Source: Toensbergia leucococca
Lineage: Eukaryota
DNA length: 64,000 bases
Assembly (NCBI GenBank): GCA_022813965.1
Contig: JALDZS010000046.1
Coordinates: forward strand, 1-64,000
Reading direction: 5' to 3'
The position numbers and the translations under genes are program-made. Every line of letters begins with the position of its first letter. Position 1 is the stretch's first letter. The notes beneath the pieces were generated by a model. It saw only the letters and a list, made by a program, of their open reading frames with translations, had not been told where the DNA came from and did no database searches. Below are positions 24,400-37,343 of the stretch, piece after piece.

Positions 24400-25770
24400 T
24401 TGGTCTGTCTTTTAAGGTGTACCTGCCAGCAGAGAACGCATTTCTATGTGAGCACTTAGACACTATTTAGTACCGTCATCCCGTACTCGAATCTCTAAAC
24501 GGCCCGTAGACTCGAATCCATGCTAGATGGTTGCAGTGTAGCGAGACGTGACCAATAAATATACCTTTGGTACCAGTCTCTGAAGTCCATGAATAAGAAT
24601 TTCACGCGCTCCATTCTTCGTAGGATATTCGTTTAGCGCATCCACGACAATGATGAATTTGGAGAAGCAGTCAGTTTCTGCCTGGGATAACCTCGGATAT
24701 ATCCCTCTTTTCGGGCGAGTATTTTTCGAAGAATGCTTCCCGTAAATACTTAGTATAGTTGGAGCTATGATGTCTCGCTGTTCAACAAGTTGCTTCAGTA
24801 GGCTGTGAGGCTGGCAATGAGAATTGAGGATGACTGGTCCTGCATATTGTTGTTGCATTAAATATACGCCACACCTGTGTCGTCCTCCTGTACGGCACGC
24901 TCCAGGTGTTCAATGATGATGGATGCAAGAAACGTCATTTCTGCGTTTGCAGAATCTTTAATATAGATCTCATTCAGTCCAAGAGCACCATAAATTGAGT
25001 ATTCAACCCTCCAACTTTCAACTCGGGTGCGGCGATACTTACTATTGTTAGCAATTCTAGAACACAAAAGGCCTTTGTCGTTCCATGTAGCCAACGCTTG
25101 ACTTCTTGATCTTCGAACACCTAACTTTCTATGCCTTCTTGCCCTCTGTTGAGAGTCTCAGCTTGTTTTGCCCGGTGATCTGACTGAGAGAGCCAAGACA
25201 CTATATCTTGACTTTCCTCGTCGTTAAATCCACCCTTGAAAAATTGCAAGCCTTTCCGAAGCTAGCCAACAGCGTTGCTGACATTACGCAGCTCATCTTC
25301 AGCTTATGCAATATTTTTTTTGATTGTCTGAGACAGCTTGCTGTCCACGGTTAGCAATAGCAGATCTATCACTATAGAATCTCTCGTAGAAACACACAAA
25401 TGGCTATGTAGCACGGCTATTCTAGGCTTTCCTCATTTCGAATCGACCAAATTGAGTTCTTTCCAACCTTCTTCGGACTCTTTGACGGAGCTAACTTCGA
25501 CTCTAGTTGCTCAAGCGCCGCTCTGAATTGTTCTAGCGGCCCTCTGGGCACATCCAACAACTTTACCGTTGTCCTCCGTGCATCAATCGACTCGACTTGC
25601 TTTCCTTAGTCTTTCCAAATAGAAAGGGGGCTCTTCACACTGATGACTTCGCTCAGAAGTCTGAGACGGTCTCCCGAGGCGTACTCCTGCTCAACTAAAG
25701 TTTGAACGATGACCTCGGACAGTTGTCGAACAGCAATGATGGATGCAGTATTACTCAGATTGTCATTCAT
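24400..25770 (-). pseudogene. Degenerate fungal NLR-like (N-terminal helical domain + NACHT) pseudogene
   Basis: The start MNDNLSNTASIIAVRQLSEVIVQ...GPLEQFRAALEQLESKLAP resembles N-terminal domains of fungal STAND proteins. NACHT fragments are TFLASIIIEHLE...GVAYI, SLLKQLVEQ, FIIVVDALNEY (Walker B) and YLLVTSR. There are many stops and frameshifts, the Walker A GK is lost, and the 3' limit is approximate. Confidence 0.75.
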
Positions 25771-26553
25771 TGTGACTATCTCCAATGTAAGTTGGTGGGA
25801 TCCATTCCACCATAAAGTGGCCTTTCGACGGACTGCAGTTGCCCCATTACCTCTGGCGAGGCTCTGATTCATGCAGCTTGCATTACATAAGGTAGTTACC
25901 TATCCAATTATGCGTTGAAATCCACACACTCGACAGAATACCTTCATATCAAAGACAAATCATCAGCCCAATCATGAATCTAAAATTACATACTTACCGG
26001 GCACCTTTACAACCAAACCATCCATCTAGGTGTGGGCGTACAGAGGTACAACCTCAAGCCCAGGTAGTAAAAGAATAAGTCCCGTGACTCATGTTGTAGA
26101 GCTATTAGATACGGAACAACGTACACAATCTTCCAACAATAATCAGCTACAACATAGTTGAGTAGGTAATTACTGAGAGTGAAAGTATGATGTGGCCTGC
26201 ATAAAGTAGTCACACGTGGGTGGTTGACCTTGCCAGCGACAGAAATGCGCCGTCAACCTCGTTGTCCCCGTTCCCTCTTGAGCCTCGTAGATAGTATAGA
26301 TTCCAATAGATGACAAACACAAAGAAGTGGTGGCGTTAAAGAGTGAGGTTGTTCGCATTTGGGGCTTGCTTGCCGAGCCTGCCAAAGGTAAGGAAAGACA
26401 AATAAAAAGAAACAAAAAGAGAAAGACCTTCAGACCTACTCTAAAGCATGGGTGAAATCAGTCCAAAAAAAAACAAAACATATACGAAGCACCTTTATCT
26501 TAGCCGCCCCCCAATAGCCGTTCAAATGCGCCGCTATAATGCTTAATAACATT

Positions 26554-26646
26554 TGAGACTACTGGGATTCGAACCAAGATAATTCGGTACGGGAGTTTAT
26601 AGAATGGGCAAGTAGGAAGATTAAGTCCCACTGCACCACCCGTCCC
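26554..26646 (-). other. tRNA-like Pol III element (tRNA pseudogene or tRNA-derived SINE head)
   Basis: Minus strand reads GGGACGGGTGGTGCAGTGG (A box)...CTTGGTTCGAATCCCAG (B box/T arm) TAGTCTCA. A partial acceptor stem GGGAC/GTCTC is present, but no D-stem partner or anticodon arm is recognisable. Confidence 0.5.
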
Positions 26647-27487
26647 TGTATATGTGAAGAGAAAGCTTGAATTAGAAATATGATTCAATGAATTATATTC
26701 ACCCCACATTTCGAGCTCGAGAAGCGCGCGGGGCCCTAAAATATTAACGCGTCAGCTCATGCCAAGCCTTGATTTCCAGCCACACTCAGCCGCCACCAAT
26801 AGACAACTTTCAACATTGAATCAGAAGGTCTTGTTGACTTCTGAAAACGTACGATTACGATACAGGCAAAAGAGCTGGATCCTTCTCAAAAATTGGATAG
26901 GTACCTTACTCTACCCTGACCCATGATCGATTCAAGAGACCATCCTGACATCATCTAAATCTGCGCCTCACCACCTCACCACCACTGTAACAACCACCAA
27001 CATCCATGTTGCAACGACATCAGTACAATTGAATCATCAATTCTACACAGTCCGTTCAATTTCAACTATAGCTAGTCTTGTGGCTTCCAGTAAAAAAGTG
27101 CTTGGTCCTGGACGCGTTCGCTCCTGCCGTACAACAACAACCTTCGTGTTCAGCAGAGTCATTCCGAAGTAGAATGTCCTCGAGTTCCAACAGTATCAAA
27201 GAATTCGGATCGAGCCTTCTCTCACCTGACCTGTAAGGAGCTACCATCAAAATGAAAAGTGTAGTGAGTCCCAAATGACCGTGGTTTTTAAAGTAAGATC
27301 TAAAAAACTTGACAGGCCTTCTTGTGCTCAGACTTACAACCATCCGCTTCCCAGATTACTCGCACTTTCCTTCCAAGCTCTATATACCGCACACATTCGT
27401 CGCCAACCATAACATCATCCGACACATCAACAAAAACATCAGATCATCTCACCTCATCTTCCCCTAACCAGCCTCTCCACCGATACC

Positions 27488-28247
27488 ATGGTAAATTCCA
27501 AAGAACGAAAACCTAAATGGTCTAAAGCCAAGAAGCGCCAGCACAAGCTCATAGCCGATACTTCCCTACCAACGTTGGGTTACGTCGACACTACTTCCCA
27601 TTCCCGCCCCACAACAGCCCAACAAGCACAAGCTATTCACTCTGCCCGGAAAACTACCAAGACCGTCTACGACGACGCGAAAGCCCAAGGCATTAGTACC
27701 AGCCGCATCATGGACCATGTGATGCAAAATCAACAACAAGGTCCCGCACGCCACGCAGCGAAGATGTTGGTTGTGCATGAGCGAAGCATTGAGCGCACCA
27801 GGGAGTTCAAGGTTCTTTTCCCGGAGATTGCCGGTATGCTATCTCGGACCTCCTTTCCCCCACATATTTTCTGTTGTTTTGGAGGCTGAGTAGATCGAAG
27901 GTGTTCCTGATGTCCTGAAGGCTGCTGGGCAGAAACGGCTGCTGATGGCTGCGGGGTGGAAGGGGCCGGAACGTAATCGAGAGATTGCAAAGAGGAAGGC
28001 TGCTTTAGGGATTTCTACCAAGGATGACGACGAGGAAGATGAGGGAGGAGTTAGCATTAAGGACGAAGATAAGGTAGGAGTTGCCGTCAAGAAGGAAGAC
28101 GAGCTGGGAATTGCTATCAAGGAAGACCAGGTAGGAATTGCCATCAAGAAGGAAAACGGGATAGGAATTGCCATCAAGAAGGAGAACAACGAAGACGAGG
28201 ATGGTGGCGTGATGGTGCCACAGCCTGATAGCCTGAGGTGGGCTTGA
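27488..28247 (+). CDS. Hypothetical basic protein with C-terminal G[IV]AIKKE repeats; join(27488..27833,27901..28247)
   Basis: Two ORFs are joined in frame by intron 27834..27900 (GTATGC...GCTGAG...AAG), with a pyrimidine/AC-rich leader before the ATG. No family was recognised. Confidence 0.55.
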
Positions 28248-29245
28248 TGTTCACTTTGCCTCGCGGTTTTGCATGATCATGGCTACATGATTTGCTTTCC
28301 TACTCTCAATAATTCCTTAGCTTGCTCAGCTTGAAAATCTGAACAAGCATGATGAAGAAAACCAAAAAAATCTCTTCCCTTCCCTTCCCTTCCGTCACAT
28401 ACTCTTGTTTTCTTGTTGTCGAAGTGAGGACATTTCAATGAGCCTTTCTGGCTAGATGTGAAGATGCCCGCGCTGTGACAGTGTCAACGCTGTCATTGTG
28501 ACTGAGCCCATGGCCCTTGCGACTTGGGAAATCCACCGTGTTGTCTCTCACATGGCCAGCGTCACGCTCAATCACCCATATCTCGCCTCCTTCTCTGCAC
28601 TCAACCCCCGTTACAGGGATACAAAAGAACCCGTCTCACATATTCCTGACCCCCACGCCAAGCCTAAAATCGCACGCATGACTTTTATGCGTCGGTGTCT
28701 GATTGGTGAGGTCATGGAATTGAGTCACTTGGGTTACTTGCAGGTCGAGGCATTGCATGCTGGCGTACTAGCGCCATTGTGCGAAGGGGAGGGGGTTGAT
28801 GGAGGTTGTTGGACGGAGCCAATGAGGATGGGAAGAGGGAATCGTGCATGTGTTGTTTGTACATCTATGCATTGCATCTGGGTTGGTTAACCCTGCGCTG
28901 TCGCCAAATCCCACTTTTCACTAAAAGTGGAGGAAAAGTTCGCCAGTCAGACATTTTTTGCCTCTTGGGAGCTTTACGGAAATAATTGCTGATGAGTTCG
29001 TCATAATATTGTTCAATGAATCTGTTGATGAGCGCTGGGAATTGATAGGATAGCTTGGTTGGATTGTGTTTTTTTTTTGAGTAAAGGAGCCTTGAGGTCA
29101 GTTGTTGGGGTTTGTGTTCAAAGCTGGACTTTCAATCACTTAACACTGTGTTCACATCAATGAAGGGTTTTTCATTTGTTTTCTTGATGCTGAATCTCTT
29201 CTTTTGCCATGAGATTCAACACTTGGGCTGAAAGTCATTTCTGTC

Positions 29246-29495
29246 TCACAGAACAGCTTCATCCGAGAAGGCTTGACACGGCGGTGAAAGATGAAAAATG
29301 TCAACGGAAGGTCTGTAATTCGAACACACTGACTGATATGCTGTCAGATTGTTGGTTTGTATGTTGTGGAATTCAAGGCAGATGACTTGCAAGCGTTCAA
29401 GTTGAAGTCGAAAGTCCCGATCCGCAGGTAGATCAGCCGTCACTACTCCACTTGACATGCCGCCAGCGCGAGTGGCGCCGCAAAAAGAGTCCTCC
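29246..29495 (-). pseudogene. Relic of a RID/Masc1-type C5 cytosine DNA methyltransferase
   Basis: A motif I-like DSFCGA(TR)AGGMSSG is followed, after a frameshift, by FDFNLNACKSSALN and then catalytic motif IV VDIFHLSPPCQAFS. The HLSPPCQ form is typical of RID/Masc1. A stop follows shortly after and later motifs were not found. Confidence 0.7.
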
Positions 29496-30906
29496 GTTTA
29501 CCTGTGTGAGGGTTGAATTATAGTTGCGCTCATCCTGCAAGAACAACCTCGTTCTGAATAATTGGTTGAACTGGAGGCTCAGCCAGAGGTATGGTGATGG
29601 ATCTACTACTTCTCGCTATGGATGCTATCAAGTAGGACTTAAATTCGCTCGTGAGCAGATCTAACGAGGCTGATTTGCTTCAAGGGATGTGAGTGATTGC
29701 AGGATCGGTGATGGAAGCTTTTGGAAAACGGTGGCTTTCAGTGAGGCAGTGGGCTGGGTTCTATGTGTGTATTAGTGACGATCAGAGACCTCGAGGGATA
29801 CCACATTAGTAGAAAGGTTGACTTGATTGACGTGAGGTCTTATCCTGCTCCCTCCTAGCATATTCGCCGGATATGCGTTGACCGGATTCAGAGAAAAGAT
29901 CATTTTCATAGCCCCCTTTTGACGTCGTGGTTGCAAAAGTGAACATCTTCAGGTTCTTAGGCAGTCCACGCAACGAAGAGGTTTGGGTAGAAGTAGTGCT
30001 TTGCAACGTGGATCATGCCGTCATAGGAGCTGAAAGTGTTCGAAAAGCTCTGCTATCGTGCTATTCTTGCAATTTCATTATGGAGGATGTACTCGGTGCA
30101 AAGTCATGCTACGCAAGAAGAGGAAATCCTCTAAAAAGGTTTGCAAAAGAGTACATAGGAAGCGGTTTGCGGGAAATATTGTAAGCCGTCTTAGTCTTAG
30201 TAAAATGTCGGAGAGGGTTGATATCCGAACACTTCATTCACGATCACCAAGTCATAAACAACCACAACACTTCCTGTCTCATACTTTTCACATGAATTTC
30301 AAACAACGAAAAACGATCACCACAAAGCTAAAAAGGACGCCATTTATCTACCGAGGCGCTTTCCCGCTTTCAGACATCTTGAGGTACGTGCAGCTAGGGC
30401 TTGACTTAGTCCAGCTACGACTACTCGTATCTGATTGGTTGTTACCGCATTGAGTATTATCTTCGATTTCTACAAGATGATGCGTTGACCACACAAGGAA
30501 AGCGAAAGCAATATGTACAATCTATCCGCAACATCTGGATATCTCGAACCCACACACTCACGCCACAACACCTCGTGCACGCCCTTGAAGAAAAATATCA
30601 TCAAGAATAGCACAAGCCTTTCGCATACACTCCTCCATCTTGGACGCAGCGGAACCCCAAACTATACCGCTGGCTATGGTGAGAAATGCGTGTGAAAAAA
30701 AAAGATGAAAGGGGGAATAGTGTATTACAAGATTTTACGGAGACTTTAATATGACAAATTCCGGCAGGCCAGAAGAACGAAAGATGGCGGGTATTCTCGC
30801 AGAACCAATGTACAAGCTGTGTGATGTGGAATGGGTATGTGTGAGACCGTCAAGCACTATCTCCTACCTCCGTGCATGCGTTGCTGATGTCGTATCTCAA
30901 AGTGCC

Positions 30907-33590
30907 TTAAGGTTGCTGGCTTTCCCAGTACGTGTTGAATTCCAGGGCTCGTCTCTCGTTAAGTGTCAAAGCCAATAACACATCAATGAATGTCTCTTGT
31001 TCAACAGTTGCGTCTCTAGCTTCCCTAGAAGGACTGAGATTCAGATTGCTCAACTCAACGTCCGCATTGGTATCATCTTGTTGAACCTCGCTCACATCAA
31101 TACTAATGTTATTGGAGTTGAGAATACCCCCAAGGCCTTGATCGACTTCGGTTTGGCTTAGAATCTTCTCCGAACTCCCGTCGCCCGATATTTGTTCTTG
31201 GCAGGGTGAGCAGCCCGGAAAACCCCATCTCCCGCGCGACCCAGTTGGAGAGGGTACCCTATGTGTAGGAAGCCGACGTAGAGGGGCACAGCTATGGTTT
31301 TCTGAACATACACTTGAGTTGCGTCCATCTGGAGCTGAAGAAAGAGCCTTTGTATCGTCACTTCGTAGGATTCCGAGAAACTCGCGATGGATTGTACGGA
31401 CAAATACCTCGTTGTTTGGAGAGCCTTTATATGCCCGCTGTTGACTTGCGAAAAACCGAAACGGCGCAAATTGCACACCGTCATTCGACTGATACTCATG
31501 GACATCTGCAAAGGTTCGAAACGCAATCATATCAGCCATTTCTGGCGCTTGCGAGTCGTTCGGATTACGGCAAGGCGCTTGAAATGGACGGGCTACGAGA
31601 CGCGCTTCTTTGAAGCACTGATCCCGAATCTGACTTTCAAGCTCTGTGATGGCATTAAGGAGCTGGAGACTGAATTGTTTTTCGCGTTCTGTCGCAAGGT
31701 GGTGGGATCTTCCTCGAAGCCATTCGCGGCAGTCAGTGACTGTCAAATTGTCCATGTGGGCCAGGAAGTGAACGTGCCATCCCTCAAGTTGTCGGATTGG
31801 TAGCGGCACAGCGGGGAGCAGGCTCTTGGCATCCTTTTGGACAAGAACATGGAAACCCTTTTGAAAGAGAGGACGAAGAACAAAGCAGGATAGATGTACG
31901 CCAGGCTCGTAAATTTGGTCTTTTTCAGCATACTCACGCATCCGATCAAGCCGTGGTGCTAATTCGTCCGGAGTGACCTCCATACTCCGAGCAAGATTTT
32001 GAAGAACATTTGGAACCGTGGCAGAGGCAAAGCGAAAACCGGCTGCCTGTAGTCGAGTTGACTCGAGCTTGTTGGTGCGGCGAACCGTAAAAAGTAACTG
32101 TCCACGTCCAAAGGTAACAAAGCCCATCCCTTTTTCTACATCGTTGCCACGACTCAATTTTCTTGACTTGGAAAACATCTTAGCCTTGATGTTTTTGCGC
32201 ACAGTTCCAGTGCTCATGATGTCTTCATATAAGACGCCAATATTCTCTATTGGCTCTTGCATAGTGGCGGCTAGATCGCTCGCTGCAACACAGAATGATT
32301 CTTTGAAAATCAGTGAGTAGTCCTCGACATGTTCGATGCTGTTTCTGTCACTCCGGTCTACCTCAACACATGGCAAAGGGCGAGTAGCCTTGACTAGGTT
32401 GGTTATTCGGAGATGATGACGCATACCGGGAATTAGGTCCGTAATCCCTTGCCAGCAGCGCGATGCTCGGAAGATCCAGCAGAAAACAGGATGTTCAATT
32501 CCAAAGACATCGTCAAAAGACTATCTCAGGATTAGCAGAGATTCCCTAGAGAACATGTTGAAGATGCATACCCGTTCGACGTATGAATTGGTTATCTTTT
32601 GGCAAGGTAGAAGGCCTTCGGGACTGACCATAAGTCTCCCTTCTGGATCAAAGATCGCACAGGCCAGTACAACTTGTTGGGCTCTGTCGGCGGAGCGCTT
32701 ACGGGACCGTTGACCAATCACGGCGAATAGTAAGAGCGTAAGGCAACATCCAAGGGCCTTGATACCATCAGCAAGCAGTCGAAAAAAGATACCAATATAT
32801 CATACCAGACAAAGAGTGACCACGACAGTCGTATGCTTTGAAAGGTCGTTCGAGTAATAGATAGTAGCCATGGTGATACGATAATGAGTGCCACCAGTTG
32901 CTACCCAATGCATACCTGACACGGTGGAAGCCAAGACCATGGCACAAATAACTCTTTTCCACCAACTATTCGTCCATCTCGACCTGAGATAGAAGAAAAC
33001 TCCGAGAGCCAAGGTGCTGGCCACAATAGCGATGATTACAGAGCCGGCGACGAATTTATGATTATACACGGGAGTGTAATTGGTTATGCCTAGCTGGCCC
33101 AAATAATGCATCCCGCATACAGCCGAGCCTGTACAGATGCCTCCAGCCAAAGTGCCCAGTTTGCTTACATTTTCCGTTATGCCGAAGACATAGAATGCTA
33201 CTCCTACGCAAATTATCGGCAAAAAGAAGGATGCAGCTGTGAAGCCCGGGTTGTAGGCCAGTTGAAGCGATCTACCGTCTGACATGTTGATGGCGCGATT
33301 GCCGATGAAATGCATGGACCAGATGGCAACAGCACCCATGGCAACGGCCGCTCCGATGAGGAGGTACCTAAAGATGGTTATCGCTCCTTGAAAGCTCAAA
33401 GGTGACTTGAAGAAGCGCCAGCATACCAATTGTATAATCCCCGAGTGGACGTTCTCTTGTGGAGGAGCTCCAGTGCAGTCCAAGTCCCGGTCAAGCTGAC
33501 GAGATACGAAAGGACGACGTAGCCCCATTTCCATGAGTGCTGGACCAGCTCACCGTCGTGCAGTATGGCGTCGTTAACGTCGTGCAACAT
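30907..33590 (-). CDS. MHYT-domain membrane signalling protein; complement(join(30907..32520,32572..32757,32806..33367,33427..33590))
   Basis: GYVVLSYLVSLTGTWTALELLHKRT and three MHYT-type repeats (IWSMHFIGN, CGMHYLGQ, SGMHWVAT) lie in hydrophobic helices, followed by RAQQVVLACAIFDPEGRLMV and a long soluble tail. Three introns keep the frame. Confidence 0.88.
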
Positions 33591-36500
33591 ATTTGCTGAG
33601 TATGCAACAGCTATCAACGGAAATGGAAAGAATCAGTGCTAATACTTATGTGCCACGTTTTCTAGATAGCACGAGGGAGGAAAGCCAAGACGTCAATGCC
33701 AGGTGGGATTGGTGGCGCCGCCCAACGATGGCGTCGATGGTACCTGGGCTTTACAGTTGTGTAGTTGAGAGATGTGGAGGAGACTAGCAGGAGTCGACAG
33801 TGTGGATTCGACAGTGTGGAGTTGACAGTGTGGAGGAGCAGATCAAGGTGAAAGCAACGAAATGAATGCAGTATAGACATGCCAGGTACCAAGTGAGCTA
33901 CGCCATTAAGGTTCAGTAGTCTTTCTCTACCTAGATGAAAGCGTGGTAAGGCTTAGACATGGACGGATATGTCGGGCCTCGATCAATTCTGCTACGAAGG
34001 GAGAACAATGATATCTAAGTGAGAAGACATGTCGATGGATGCTCAGCAATTGATGAGCATTAACAGAGAGGAAGTAGACATAGTAGAGGAGGTGAGGTCA
34101 GCAATACTGTCGATGGCATGGCTCATCATTCACACACAATCAATTCATCTTTCATCGTTGATAGGGCAAAGGCAAAGGGCTCTGGCATGAATAGGTAGGC
34201 TCGGTGCATTGAATCAGGTCTTGGAATCAATTCAGGTGGGAAGCCGAAATGAATGAGGTCGAGGTGCTCAAAGACAAGGGTCGAAGATGTTAGCGAGTCC
34301 CGGTATTCTACCGTTGTCTCACTCTCCGGCTGGTAGAATTAAATACTCGGTATCTTATGCAAACACATGTGCATGATTACCTCATTCAAGCCACTGAAAG
34401 ATCTCAAAAATACGAGGGAGATATTGCAGCAATTCATGGGAGCAACAATCAAGCAGCAAGCCTCCATGAATGAAAAATCACCTTAGCGGCACTTCACTGC
34501 AAGACCTGCCGACGTGTAGAATACTCTGTCCCTTTTTATGTGTTCCTGATTCAATCGGTATTTTAGAAGCAATTGCAAGCATCAGGCATTGACATGGGAC
34601 ATCGGGAGATGCGCACCGCCAGTGCCGCAGATTGCCGAACAAGCCACCCGGATACAAGGAGATTAATGCTTGCCCCCGGCCTTGTTCATCATCAAATTAT
34701 TCAAGTCATCTAGACCCAAGTCAACCATAAGTACCACCACTACTTTTGACTGGGGCGTCATTACTGAATTTCTTCAATATATCCCCTTCCATCCGCACCG
34801 CGCCTACAAAAGTACTCCTCTCTTCCATTAATAATCGTCTCATTCCTATGATTATCACCCCAAAATCCACCTTCTATCTCCTTCACACTAAGGGGACTTT
34901 GTAATTCATCTAGTCACCCACCTTCTAAGTCAATCATCATGTTTCGTTGAACATATGTACCGCTCTTTCGATGCAAACCACGTTCTCTCCTGCATTTCCA
35001 TCAAACCGCATCTTTTGATTCGAATTGCTGCTCGTACGTCTTCAGTTCAGACTATTTATCTGAGAAATTTGTATACATGCGTCCTTTAGGATGAGGTCAA
35101 ATTTCGGCGGAAACCGCTCCATCTCGATATCTTGCCATGTACCGAGTGAAGCCCGAGATATCTCACTACCCAGGAAATTGTTAGGTAAAGTTTGAAAGAC
35201 GTAAAGAGCAGTGCAGCTTGTAGATTAAAGTCAAAATAACGTACTCCCAAAGGACAGGGACCCTGGAAGATAGCAGTATAGAAAGATCTGCACCCATTCA
35301 ATTTTTGAAGAAGTAGGATCATTCGACTCGCCCGGTGTTGCACCCTGCCTTTCGGCGGGCCGTGGTGATAGAAGGCTTAAGGAACTTCCCGCAGAAGAGT
35401 AGAAAAGCGACTGAGATGCCAAATATCTCAAATGTGGAGACGAATAATATTGTTGGTACGAACTAACGAACTAACGACCTAGAAGATTGGATAGAGCAGC
35501 ACTAAAGCAGACCAGCGAATGAAGGACTTTCTGTCACGAACACCTCTTCGAACGCCAGAAACATAATATGTAAAACCTCAAGAATGTCTAGGCTATTCGG
35601 ACCTCCTCCTGCACCCAAGAGCATACTTTGGCAATGTCCGAAAATCCGAGCTTTAGGTGACGCTAAACTGCTACCCTCGACGAACAGCAAAACGTTAACC
35701 TCAAGTCTGGTGCGAAAAGGCGTTTTGCTACTCTTGAGGAGAAGAAGGACGATGAAATATAGCACAAGCCCTCCAAACCCTCCAAGCTCCTCAATATCGA
35801 TATCCTAGCTATGTTGCGCAGGTAAACTGGCAGACGCATGTCGGGCAGACGTAGCTTGGGCAGCTTAGGCAGCTTGGGCAGACGAAGGGTGGGGTGACGC
35901 AGGCTGGGCATGAGGAGGGCGGGGATCGGAAGATGTGTACCAGGGATGCAGCCAAGACCACCAATGGAACGAATAACAGGCGGTCGACTATTTCTTTTCG
36001 CTTGTGATACTTTTCAAGCTCTTCCATGTATGTTGCGAGTGGGTCCTCAAGTGTTTGGTCAACGACAGGATGTTTCTAAAAGACATGTTTAGCTAGTTTC
36101 CAAATCAAGTGTCAAGACATGTGAAAGAGGGTAGGGTGGCTTACGACGAACTGATTGCACCAAGATACTACGGCCACTTCGAGAATGCCACAAATTATTC
36201 CAATGCAAATACAAGACCAAGAACTGCCGCTTGACCAGAACGTGGTGGGAACAGTGGGAAGAAGACCTTATCATAATGTCAGTTCAGTAGCTTCAAATTT
36301 AGCTTCATCTGGAAAGCGTACTGGTGACAGCTAATGCGAGAACAAAGACAACCGACGGAGTGTGAGCCAACATAGCCCAAGTGTTCAAGGTGAGCACTGG
36401 TATGTTCCACGAGAATGACATGGAGTAACTCGGAGGTATTTGAAGTTTCGCTGTAGTGGGTTGTTGTTGAGTTTGATATTCGTTGTTGTGTCGAGAATGT

Positions 36501-37343
36501 CCATCACGCTGAGAAGAGTTAATCATGTTTAAAAATGGATTGAATGGTTTGAGACAAGGCAGGAGCGAACGGTTGCAAACAAAAGAGGAAAGAATGTTGC
36601 AGTGGAGGGGAAGAATGAATCATTTTAAAGGCTTACTTCAAAGTTTGTACTAAAATTGACCTCAGAATTTAATGGGCTGTGTAGCAGCAGCTTCCTGATC
36701 CAGAAGGTCACAATGTTTGGAGACATCTTTCAGAGTTTCGACTATCTTATCCATAACATTTGAATACTGCATTGCTAGCTGGTATCCAACATCAGCAATA
36801 TCGCAGGAAGAAAGAAGTGAGCCATCGTACAAGCAACATCAACTTTTGTTGGTCCCTATACGATGGTCAGCTGGACGAAAGCATTGATTGTTCACGTTTA
36901 TCTCCCATCCCCCATCCTCCGCTCCCAGTCCCATGAGCTCAAATTACAACATACCAGACTCCATCATAACGTAATCTCTCCATCTCACCTGCCGAACCTC
37001 TTCCCCGGAAGTGCTTCGCAGGATACGAGGACGGGAGAAGGTTGAGGATGGAAGGGTTCGGAATCTTTTTTCGCCATGTGGCAGCGACATAATTAGCCTT
37101 TGCGCTCGGTCTGAGGATGAAAATGTTTAGCCCGTCCTGTGAGACGGGTGATGATGAAGGTAGCTGGATGTCCTGCGCCTTGTTTCCGCCATGGAGAGGT
37201 CGTAGACGGCGAGGAAAGTTGTATGGGCTAGCCGAGGTGGGCTGGTCCTGGCAAAGGGGTAAGAAATGTGGATTTTGGGTAGTCAGAGATGATATAAGTA
37301 AAAATCCGAGTAACGGCTTTGCGGGGGCGAGGCGTATCTCTTC

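Noticed and set aside
26554..26646. Functional tRNA gene
   Set aside because: Mismatches in the acceptor and T stems, no D stem, no identifiable anticodon arm and no adjacent T-run terminator.
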